Shown here piece by piece: positions 11,215 through 21,901 of a DNA stretch of 64,000 nt. The number at the start of each line of letters is the position of its first letter. Positions within the stretch are counted from its first letter, which is position 1. A program made the position numbers and the translations under genes. The notes under the pieces were generated by a model that worked only from the letters and a program-made list of their open reading frames with translations, was not told the DNA's origin and ran no database searches. Origin of the DNA: Geosiphon pyriformis uo1 (lineage: Eukaryota; Fungi; Glomeromycota); contig JAAOMT010000283.1 of assembly GCA_016748015.1 (NCBI GenBank), positions 190,108 to 254,107 of the forward strand. Direction: 5' to 3'.

Positions 11215-12305
11215 AATACTTTATCTCCAATTTTGTAGCTAATTATATTATCTGGTAACTGGTTATCATGTCTCACTTTTTGTTGTTTTTGTGATTGTTC
11301 AATATTTTGTGCTGCTTTTCTTCTTTTGTTTTCTAAAGTTCCCATTAATTCATATGTTCTTCTAAGTAGTGTTTCCTAGAATGTTGCTTCCATGATAGTG
11401 TCATTTGGATAAGTTGGGATAGTAAGTTCAACTGGTAATGTGGCTTTTCTTCCATAAACTAGTTCAAATGGTGTGAATTGTGTAGTATCTTGTTTTACTG
11501 TTCTATATGCTAGTAGTATTGCTGGTATGAACAAATCTCATTCTTTTTCATGTTCGTTACTAATTTTCGCCAGTAATTCGCATAATGTGTGATTAAATTT
11601 TTCAACTAATCCATTTGTTTGAGGATAGTATGGTAATGACAGTAGTCGCTTGATTCCAAATTTTTGGCTAAGTTCTTTTAAGGTGCTGTTTATGAAGTGT
11701 GTGCCTTAATCTGATAGCAATTTTTGTGAACATCTATGTCGGCAAATTAAGTCTTCATGTATGAATTGAGCTACGGAAATAGCATCAGCTGTTTTAATAG
11801 CTCTAGCTTCTGGCCATTTGGTGAGATAGTCCATGACTACTGCAATATAATGGTTGTTTCTTGTTGTTATTGGTAAGGGTCCAACTAAATCAATTCCGAT
11901 TCTGTCAAATGGCTGTCCAACTTTTATTGGTCTTAATAATTCCATTGTTTTTGCTCCTCCTCTTTGTTGGCATGGGTCACAATTTCTTATGTATTGGATT
12001 ATGTCTGAACTCATTTTTGGCCAATAGTAATGGCTAGTTGCATGTTGAATAGTTGCTGTTTTTCCAAAGTGGCCTGAATGAATATCTGAGTGCATGTTAA
12101 ATAAGATAGTTTTTTTTTCATCTGTGGTTATAATTCTTAATGGATTATCTGGATTTTGTCAATTCTGGTAATAAAGTATGTGATTTTGGATGAAATAGTG
12201 TTTTGCTAATTTTTGGAGCTTAATTAGCTCTTTTACTGGCATTTTTTTGTCTATTTGTAGTGTTTCCAAGTATTGGCTGAGGTTTTTGTAAAGATAGTTG
12301 TTTAT
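11215..12305 (-). pseudogene. Gypsy A integrase (HHCC zinc finger, DDE core); C-terminus runs into an N gap
   Basis: MHSDIHSGH...CDPCQ, IGIDLVGPLP, DYLTKWPEA, LLSD*GTHF, GLVEKFN, YKIGDKV; the frame differs from RT-RH. Confidence 0.92.
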
Positions 12306-12334
12306 TGTTGTTGTGGCAGATGGGTTGGTGATTT

Positions 12335-15300
12335 TTATGTGTGTCTCATTCTTGACAAACAGTCAGCATTAACATTTTTGGTACCTTCTTTGTATTTGAT
12401 AATATAATTGTATGGAGCTAACATTTGTGACCATCTGGTGTATTTTTTTTTTAGCGCTTTCTTGTTATTTAACCAGACCAGATCTCTATGATCTGTCATA
12501 ATCTCAAAGGGTTGGTACTGTAAATACGTGTCAAAGTAAACACAACTCCAGACTACTGCTAAGCATTCAAGTTCATGTGCTGCATAGTTTTGTTCTGCCA
12601 TATTGAGACTTCTGCTGGCATAAGCAATTACACATTCTCTTCTATTATCATCTTTTTGTGACAGAATGGCTCCAAGTCCAGTTCCAGAGGCATCTGTGGC
12701 CAAAATGAATTTCTTGTTGAAATTTGGATAGATTATTATTGGTGATTCAATAAGCTTTTGTCTAAGGTACTCAAAAGCTTTTTGTTGTGCTTCAGTCCAT
12801 TCAAACTTCACATTTTTGAATAGTAGGTAATTAAGGGGTTTGGCGATGTTTGAAAAGTTTTCTACAAAGTGGCGGTAGTAAGATGCGAGTTCTAAAAAGC
12901 TTCTAACTTCTGAAACGTTTCGAGATACTGGAAAATTTTTCACTTTGTCTATTTTTGATGAATCTGGTTTTATTCCATCTTTTCCAACTATGTGTCCTAA
13001 AAATGTTAGCTCATTTTTCCCAAAGAAACATTTTTTTAGATTTAGTTTAAGTCCAGCATGTCTCAATCTTTCAAAAACTTGTTGTAAATGTTGGAAATGA
13101 TCCGTGAATTTTGACGAGAAAACATTTGTATCATCCAAGTAGACAACAACGGATTGCCACAAGATTCTGGAGTAAATTACGTCCATTAGTCTTTGAAATG
13201 TTGTGGGAGCATTTGTTAATCCAAATGGCATTACATTGAATTCATAATTGCCATTTTGTGTTGTGAATGCTGTTTTATGCCTATCTTTTGGGTCTATTTT
13301 CACTTGCCAGTACCCACTGGTCAAGTCCAGTGTAGAAAACCATTTTGCTCCTCCAAAAATGTCAAAAATTTTGTCAATTAACAGTATTGGGTATGAGTCT
13401 TTGGTTGTTTTGCTGTTTAGTTTGTGATAGTTGACACAAAATCTAATTTTTCCATTTTTTTTCCTTACTAAAACAACTGGTGAGAACTATGGACTTATTG
13501 ATGGTTGTATTATTCCTTTTTCCAATATGCTTTGGACTTCTTCTCTGATAAAATTATGCTCTATTGGTGGAACACAGTAAGCACATTGTTTTTCAGGTCT
13601 GGTGTCTCCAGTAGGGATTTGGTGTTGAACCAAGTTGGTTCTTCTAAATTCGCCATTTCGTGAAAATATATCAAAGTATTTTAAAATTAATGCTTTTAAT
13701 TGTTGCTGTTGGTCAGAATCCATTGTTTCAATGTTTAATTTGGCCAATTCTTCTGGTGTAAATTGATAGCATTCTAATGGTTGTTGCCAATTTATTGAAG
13801 TGAGTTCACAGTAGAAGATGATTTCTGAGAAATTTAGAATTTCTTGTGGTGTTGACGCGTTTTCTAGCTCCGTTTTGAGGTATCCAATAATGGTATCTTC
13901 CAGAATGTAGACAGGTTCTTCTGTGGTGTTTGCGATAGGAATTTTTATCCATTGAGCTTTATCAGCTGGAATAAAAAGGTTAATAAGTCCTATGAGAAAC
14001 TGTTGGCAAGTTTTTGGATAGGGCTCAAATATTAGGTTTTTTTTTTTAATTGTCTTTTTTATTCTTATTTCTGATTTTCCATATGGTAGAAGCATGATGG
14101 ACTGCTCATTTTTAATTGCCTTTTTCCTCTATTGTTTCAGTGAAATTCGCTTCAATTCCTTTTCCTGTCGATCTGAAACCAAAAGTTTTTCTTGTTATTT
14201 GTGACAATTCCTCACGATTTTCCACTGGCACAAATTTCCCAATTTTTACCAATGGTAGGAAAATTGCTTGTGCAATCTTTTTCTTAAATTCAATGGTATA
14301 AGGCTTTTCTGAATTGTTCTGTAGCAAAACCATCAAATTTCCAGTGTATCTGGAGTCAATTACTCCTTCTTGAACGCTTATTTCTTTTTTCGCGAGGCTT
14401 GATCGCAACACTATTTGAACCATTATTCCTGGTGGAATTTTAACTGCTATTTTTAAGTCAATTTTGGTGATGCTCCTGAGTGGTAACATTGTGGATTGGT
14501 CTTCTGAATAACGTAAATTGAATTCGGCATCGGTTGGATGGGCTCTTTTGGGTATTATTTCTAAGTGCCCGTTGTCGAAGTATCAGATGTTGGTCACCTG
14601 TTTTAGGTCAGTATAGGCTACAAATTTTTCTGACTCGGAACCATCAGGTGAGTCTTGTTGATTTATTGATTGATTTTGAGACTGCTGATTCTTAATTTCC
14701 ATTTTTTTTTCTAAGCCCTTTTGTCTTGACACTCTTCACAGCACTGATTTTGGCATGGGATGAGACAGTTTTCGCAAAGGTAAGTGTTGATTTGGGTAAG
14801 GTATTGTTCTTGCTCTTGTCGAGTACATAGTTGTTGGTAGTAGTTCTGAAATTTGTCTACTGGGTCAAACATGTTGTAGCTGGCGATTTCGTCGGCTACT
14901 TCGGCTGACTCTTTCCAATGTTGTATTTCTTTAGTGGTTCCTCCTCTTATTTTGGCTTGTGCGGTGTTGTACAACTCATCCTCGTTGTGTGGATAGTGCT
15001 GTAGTCTTTTTAACGCTCTGTTAAACACTGCTTTGAATGGCGTTCCTCCTTTTACCCAGTCACAGATAAGGATCATGTATTGGCAAGTTGCGTCACATGT
15101 TCCTCCTCTGCCTGGTATGTCGTTCCAGTCGCACCCTTTTGGTAACAGTTCTCCACAAGCAAGACACGGTTCCTCATCCCATTTTCTGTGTCTTTCTGGG
15201 TAACCGTATTTTTTTTTGTTACAATGGTTACAATAGTAGTGGATGGGGTTTCTTGGGTCTTTGTTTGGTGTGCTGTACGCAGTCATAGATAAGAGTTTTT

Positions 15301-18037
15301 TCTTGCAAACCAAGCATTCTAGCTTTGGTCTGTGTTGCTGGTGGTTTTTTCATGAACTTACCTGGTTCCATTCAGATTTTTCTTTGCTGGTCCATGTTGG
15401 TACGGCTGGTAGTCCTGTTCTTTGGTTATCAGTCCAAGAGAGCTGATAAGTTTCAATGGCTGGTAGTGCTGGATTTTCTTCAAATTCAAAGATAGGTTTT
15501 TGGTTGGTATTGGGTTTTTGAAAGTGGCCACAGGTGGCTGAAATTTTGGCCTGGTGGCTATTATAATTGATCAGAAGCTCTTGGGTGGTCCAGTCTAAGG
15601 TGGCATTGGCTTTTGTTAGCCAGTCATTCCCTACTAATGCTTGATATTGTGTAGCATCCATTACTAATACTTTTGTAGGTATTACTATGCCATTAATTTC
15701 AAAAGAGAATGAGTCGATTTCACCATGAGGCAGCTTTGTACTTTCATCGGCTGTTATGATTTGGAACGTCGCGGCATGATCAACTTTGAAACCTAGTTGG
15801 TTTACTAGTTGAAGCGTTATGATGCTTCCAGCGGATCTGCTGTCTAAGATAAGTTTGATTGGGGTATTGTTTACAGTGGCTTCCGTATATATAGCAGTGA
15901 TTGGGCATTTTTTGTCCAATGCTGCTCCACTGAACATAGCTTTGTTTTCCTCTAATTCAAAAGGAAAAATAGCTGCGAGGCTGCTATCTTTAGTGGCAAC
16001 TGCCGGTGGTATTGTCTGGCTTAATTTGTTGGAGGAATTCTTGGTTCTGTTTATGTTTCTACTGTTATTATTTCCGATGATCAGATTTTCTGGTATATTA
16101 AGGTAAGTTTGTTGATAATTTTGGTAGTTTGGATTGGTTTGCTGATTGGTTTCAGCACGGTTTGGATTTCTCTGAACCAACACATTCTGGTTCCACATGG
16201 GCTGATTTCGGGCCTCAGGACGCCAATTCAGATTGGCTATCATGGGCTGTTGCTGGTAAACTCCTTGATTTTGATATGTGGTGGGATATTGGCGTGGTAT
16301 TGGCGTGTACTGGTTTCTGGGCATTTGGGATGACGCATAGTAATTATTTTCGCATGCTTCCTGCATCATTCGCATTCGACATTGACTAATCAAATGTCCT
16401 ACACGTTTGCAAAAATGACAGGCGCGCATTTCTGTTCTGAATTCCTGGCGCGATAAGCAATTATTTTGACTGTCACTGACTTCTTGGCTGCGTCTTTGGG
16501 GTGGTTGGTATGTATTTCTTTTTGGATCTGGGATGAAGTAACTTTCTATTTTCTTAGAGAGTTCCTCCCCTAATTGTATTACTCTTTTCTCTAATGTTTC
16601 TGTATTATTTTCCTCCATTACCATGTTAACCATTTAACTATGATTAGCTTCTTTCTTAGCCAATTCAAGAGCTCTGGTGAGCATAATGGCTTCTGATAAG
16701 GAATTAGGGTGGATAGGGCGTACTCTTCCTAAAATGCTGCCTTTTAATTCTCTAATAAACTAATTTAAAACCTGAGGATCAGTGTAGTATCCTTGTTTAA
16801 TCGCTTCAATCTGACAGCAAATTCAATTGAATCGAGCAAGATATTGGGTGACAGTTTCACCAGTATTTTGTTTAATAGTATTGAATTCGTTCTGTAATTG
16901 GATTACAGCATTTGGGTCGCTAAAATACTTCAGGAGTGCATTTTTAAATTTAGCAAAGCTTGTGGGTTTTGTTTCCAGGCTTTGATACCATGAGTCGGCT
17001 GTGCCTTTTAGGAAGAAAGATAATGTTTGAATTGCTTTTTGGTCATTCCAGTTATTTGCATGGATGGCTTTTTGTGCTTCTCTGAGCCATGTGTGCACAT
17101 CTGTTTCTTCTTCCTCTTCTGAGAAATCTGTTAGTCTTGTAATGTATAATGTGGTCATTTCGTTGCTGTTTTCTGCTGGTGGGCTTATTGGTCTAAGAAA
17201 AGGTGGGATGATATTTCCTTGAGCATCCCTAAAGGTGGCTTCTCTTATATCTGGTTCTTCCTCTTGATCACGAGTTTCTTGGTTTCTGGACTGGCTGCTT
17301 GTTCCAATGACTGGTCTTGTGATTGTTTTTTTACTGGTCTCTTTTTCGGATTCCGATTCAGACTCCTCTTCACAGTTTTTAAACCCCGTTCTAAATTTTG
17401 GCTAAAAAAGAGGGTTTTGGAATAGTGATAAATATCCTTCTGTAATTGGTATGTCTTTCCAGTTACATTGTTTAATTTTATCAGTATAACTAGGAGTTTT
17501 TGGCATTTGTGGAGTTGATGTTGATGATGATGCAGCTCCTAATGGAATTTGTATCTTATTTTCTGGTGAAAAATAGTATGATTTATCTTCTGGTGAATAA
17601 ATACGTTGTTTTTTTATTGATTGAGTGACAGTTTTCTTTGGTGTTTGAGCTGGTGTTCCTAGTTTTTGCTGGTTACTTTTCTAATTAGTTTCTAAATTTT
17701 CTTTGGTTTTGTTGGCACGTTCCCTAGTGTTTCCTGTGGATATTGGAAAATTTTCATTGGCGTATTGCTCAATTTCTTGATGGATTTTGACAATAATTGT
17801 GGCTATTACTGCTACTTCTTTTGTAGTGTATTGTGATAATTCTCTATACAATTCAAGTTTTGTGTCGTGTGGTTCTTTTTCCTTTTCTATATGATAATTT
17901 ATTCTGGTGTTGATATAATAAGTGAGGACAGATTCTGCTGGACAACACTCTTCTGGTAATCCAAGATCACTTTGATTTTGTGTGTAAATAGCATGGCAGA
18001 ATTTAAGAACAGTAAGATTAGGGGTTTTTGTCACCAC
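12335..18037 (-). pseudogene. Gypsy A gag-pol: N-terminal extension, capsid, CCHC knuckle, aspartic protease, Cys-rich domain, dUTPase, RT, RNase H
   Basis: CHFCKRVGHLISQC; LILDSRSAGS; RSSLAKK..GVIDSRYTG; MPFGLTNAP, YLDD; TDAS, ELECLA, NADCLSR. Nearly all fragments share one frame; the dUTPase is offset by homopolymer indels. Confidence 0.93.
14112..14560 (-). pseudogene. Trimeric dUTPase domain in Gypsy A pol
   Basis: PKRAHPTDAEFNL (motif 1), RSSLA (2), GVIDSRYTG (3), KIAQ (4), RKTFGFRSTG (5). Confidence 0.92.
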
Positions 18038-18100
18038 TTTTGTCTTTTTCTTTTTAGTAATAAATTATTGCTAATTATTATTTCTTTTTTGATTTTTTTT

Positions 18101-18117
18101 TCTTGTAGGATTCACCA
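18101..18117 (-). promoter_or_regulatory. Primer binding site of Gypsy A (tRNA not assigned)
   Basis: The minus strand reads TT-TGGTGAATCCTACAAGA directly after the 5' LTR; TGG complements the tRNA CCA end. Confidence 0.75.
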
Positions 18118-18119
18118 AA

Positions 18120-18996
18120 TGTTACAGGATGGTTTTCTTGTTATATTTAATTGCTGATATCCCATTTTAATTGCAATCAGTCTTTTGTGAGTTTCTCAAT
18201 TCTATTTGTGTGATAATGTCACTGTTATACTGAAGGCTTTCTTTTTAATGTTGTGATGTAAGTTATTCTTCAATTCCTGATTGTTGTGTGTGTTTATGTA
18301 CTCCTTCTCAGAGGCTGAACTAAAATCTACCCACTGTCTGGGGTCTTTTCTGAGGCTATTCTTGCAATTGTCTGATGTGTTTTTCTAATCTAGAAACACA
18401 GAATGCTAATGGTCTTTAGCGCTTTTTTTAATTCTTACAATAAAGCTTTTATCAATTAGTAACAACGTGAATAATCTTGATCAAGAATTATTCTTCCAAG
18501 AGATTCAGTTGATGAATGATAGTTTCATTCAATAAACAATACAAGTAAGTTTCTTAATACTTTGGGTTGTGATAATTCAGTTTTAAATATTCTTTTTCAT
18601 TTCTTTTTGATTTAAAGGTTTCTTGGAATATTTAATTTGAAAGTATGATTTAAAGTGGAGTTTGTTGGATAAAATTGGATTTATTGCTTGATAAGTTATG
18701 ATTTTTATTACTTGATTGTTTTTTTTCCCAATATTAAAACTACTATATATATACATGTTTGTAGTTCTATGAGAAAACACATTGTAATACTTTCTTTTTG
18801 ATATTTCAACCTGGTGTTTGCTGCTATCACCAGTTGGTGTTGGCTGCTATTGTGAACTGGTGCTTGCCACTATTGCGAAATGGTGTTTGCTATTATGTTA
18901 ATCATTAACTTTCTAAGATTATTACTGCGCTATATTATGATTGAATAGTTTGTATTATTTTTATGATTCTTTTTGCTAAATTCTTAAACTATAATA
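18120..18996 (-). repeat. 5' LTR of Gypsy A
   Basis: TGTTAC...ATAATA (CA>TA); matches 9852-10725 with transitions and one 3-bp indel. Confidence 0.95.
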
Positions 18997-20361
18997 GCAG
19001 TTACCAATTTACCAACAGGCTTAACAATAAATTCAACCAATGTCAACAATTTGGCCAAGTTAGATTCCAAAGACATGAGTCAAAATAAAATCAAAGAATT
19101 ATTTTCAATCTCAGAAAAAAAAGTAAAAGTTACTAATAGAAAGAAATCAAAAAAGCCCAGAGGGGCTAACATTTTAGCATAAGACTTTACACTCAGAAAG
19201 CATGGAACAAACATCTTGGGAGCCTTGGAAAGAAAAGACAAAGACATCTTACAATTTACAGCCAAGTGGCCTATTTCTTAACACCTAAAACAGCACCAAC
19301 AACCAGATGTTTCTTATCAGATACAACATTTTTTAAGTGTATTAGTCTTAAAAATAGTAGCATCTAGATCAACTTGAGATCCAAACATAACCAGAGCAAA
19401 CCAAAAATAATGACCAGAATTAGGAAAGCAAAGAATAAAACATATCTGACCACCAATTTGAAAAATCATATTACTAATTTTAAAAACAGTATAGTCAAAA
19501 AAAAGATTGACCAATTTGGTCTTAAACTTATTATAAAACAAAATAGTCTTATTCTGATTTACCAAAAAAAGAATCCTAATACTATCTTTGCTTACCAAAA
19601 CTGACCAATAACTTAAAACAGATACAGCAAAGTTTAACATTTCAAAATGAACAATTACATATTGCCAAATATTAACAGACTTTAGCATAACATGAGTAAT
19701 GCTATCAAACACACTGAAAACTGTCTTAATATTAGCAGCAAATATACTCAAAGGCACATCATACAGTATAACAGCAGCAAAAGGGGAACCAAACTCAGAA
19801 ACCACCAAAGACTTGGCAATTTTTAGGGTGATCAAACAAATAAAACTTGTAAGCTCAACTAAAAATACAGCTTTCAGAGATACTTAAGGAGCAAACTTCA
19901 TACAAAAAAGCTTTATATTGTCTTTTGACACTGACTTTGCATTCAAAAAACCATATACAGACTGAAAAACAGTCTTAATATGTGCTAATTTGATCTTAAA
20001 AGTAGCACCAAGCACTAAAGTAGAGGCCATTCATTCAGCAAACCTTTAATAACTAACAATAGTTTTTTAAGCATTACCAGCAGCAGCACCAAAAACCAAA
20101 GGAAGAAATGATTCAGTTTCCATTTGATCACTTCAGTTTTCAAAAACAGATAACACCACAGAAAATAGTTGCTTTGCTTTTAGAACTGGTAAAGATCTGC
20201 TAAAAAGCACTATATTTAACAACACAGCCAGTGGTTAATCTTGGTTCATCTTAGATAATGTGTTAGATGATGCTAATAGCATCAGGTGTTGAAGCTATAA
20301 AAGAAAAAACCAGCTTGTTCACTAATCTATTATTAAAAACTTTTGGGCTCTTGGTTGGAGT
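18997..20361 (-). mobile_element. ORF1-only (HAL1-like) element, middle part: RRM-like domains and CCHC knuckle
   Basis: AVILYDVP...IWQYVIVHF...WSVLVSKDSIRI...KFKTKLVNL is homologous to LINE ORF1 AVVIKEI...LWQKAVVEF...WSFLIGKDSVRV...FRALLF; CFRC*EIGHLAVNC knuckle. Confidence 0.85.
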
Positions 20362-21328
20362 TGTTACTGGAGGTTTTTGGTCTCTTCTTAACTCTTGTAT
20401 GTTTGTTGTAATGCTGTTAATTCACAATTATAGGAAGTGTTTGAACCTCCGATAACTGAATTTATCTTCAAATTATCTCCTATAATTTGAACTGCTGGGC
20501 TTATAAGTGGAATGGCCAATTCCATGCCAGTTACTTTGTATAGTTACGTTGTAATAAACATCAACTCTTTCCCAGGAATTGCTTGTTTAGAAGCTCATTA
20601 AAAATGTGTAGTTACTTTGCTGTGAAAATCAACTCTTCTACAGGAATCTTGTTTGTAGGTTACCCTAATAATTATAATAAGAAAATAAAAGAAATGTAAA
20701 AGAAATAGAATTTTATCAAAGAAAACGTTTTCTATCCAGGTCTGGAGTCACTAACAGTTTACTGAAATTGGTAGCTAATCAATTTCAAAATGTTAGTTGG
20801 GTTTTGGGAATTTTTCAAGTGCAATAATTAAAGAATTTGGTTTTTTGAATTATTTAATATTTATTTATTTCTGTGTGTGTTGGAATGGTTCTAAGTAATA
20901 AATCTAAAGTAAGATACATTTTCTCAAAGAGAGAAGCTCTTTTTTTATACAACTTGTTGTAACACTATTCTATGAACCTGAACTTTGCTCTTTTTTCAAT
21001 TTCGCTGAACTAAAGATACATTTCAGTGAACTATAAGTTATTTCTGCAAACTATTAGATATTTTGGTAAACTATCAATTATTTCAGCGAATTTTTACAAA
21101 TTTCAGCAAACTTTTGAATGTTACATATTTCGGGGTATTGCATGATTGATCATCACACTTAGGTTACCTTTGTGTTACGTACAAATTGGGTTATTAATTA
21201 AATGATAATTTTGGACATTTTGCTAATGTAATAAGTGATAATTTGAAACGATAATATATGCTGATTAATGATAAGATTTATAAGGGTAATTTTATGCTAA
21301 ACAATATCTCTAATTTTGTCTGGTAACA
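20362..21328 (-). repeat. 3' LTR of Gypsy B
   Basis: TGTTAC...GTAACA terminal inverted repeat; direct repeat of 27580-28546; six ~20-bp tandem units at 21000-21115. Confidence 0.95.
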
Positions 21329-21494
21329 TAACCTCCTCCTCAAGACTGAGCTCTGTTAAAGTCCAAGTACTGTCTGTAATTTCCAGATAATAATCCAAAA
21401 TTATTGAAGAAATTTGGTCTGAAAATTGTTGAAATTTCAGTTCTGTGAGCTTTCTAATATATTGAATCTTCAAAGGCTGTAAAATTAGGTTTTG

Positions 21495-21855
21495 TAGGGT
21501 GAGTTCCTCCTCTTCTTTGACAATTATCACAAGACTTAACATATTCATGAATGTTTTTTCTTATTTGAGGCCAAAAATAATATTTTAATGTTCTCTGGGT
21601 GGTGCTGTCTTTTCCTAGGTGTGCTGATGAAGAGTCTGAGTGCATGTTATATAAAATGGTTTCTTTTTCATGTTTTTGTATTAATCTGAGTGGATTGTCT
21701 GGGTTTTTGAAGTTTTGATAATAAATAATGTTGTTGTATAAGAAGTATTGTTTGGCTTGTTGTTGTAACTGATGTTTTTTATATGGGGACCAATCTGTTG
21801 GGATTGTTAATGTCTCCAAATATTGTTTAAGATTGTTGTAGTTTTCGGGGTTCAT
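21495..21855 (-). pseudogene. Gypsy B integrase N-terminus (own ATG, HHCC finger), truncated by an internal deletion
   Basis: MNPENYNNLKQYLETL...MHSDSSSAH...CDNCQRRGG, then a jump to the 3' ORF remnant; no DDE core. Confidence 0.88.
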
Positions 21856-21901
21856 TGTTTGTTGTTTTGTTGTTAATTCAAATGGGTGTTGTTTTTATGT
21901 T

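Larger units (their letters stand above)
9852..18996 (-). mobile_element. Ty3/Gypsy LTR retrotransposon A (dUTPase-carrying), degenerate
   Basis: 874/877-bp LTRs, 4-bp TSD GCAG (9848-9851 and 18997-19000), PBS, PPT, domain order gag-PR-RT-RH-IN. Confidence 0.96.
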
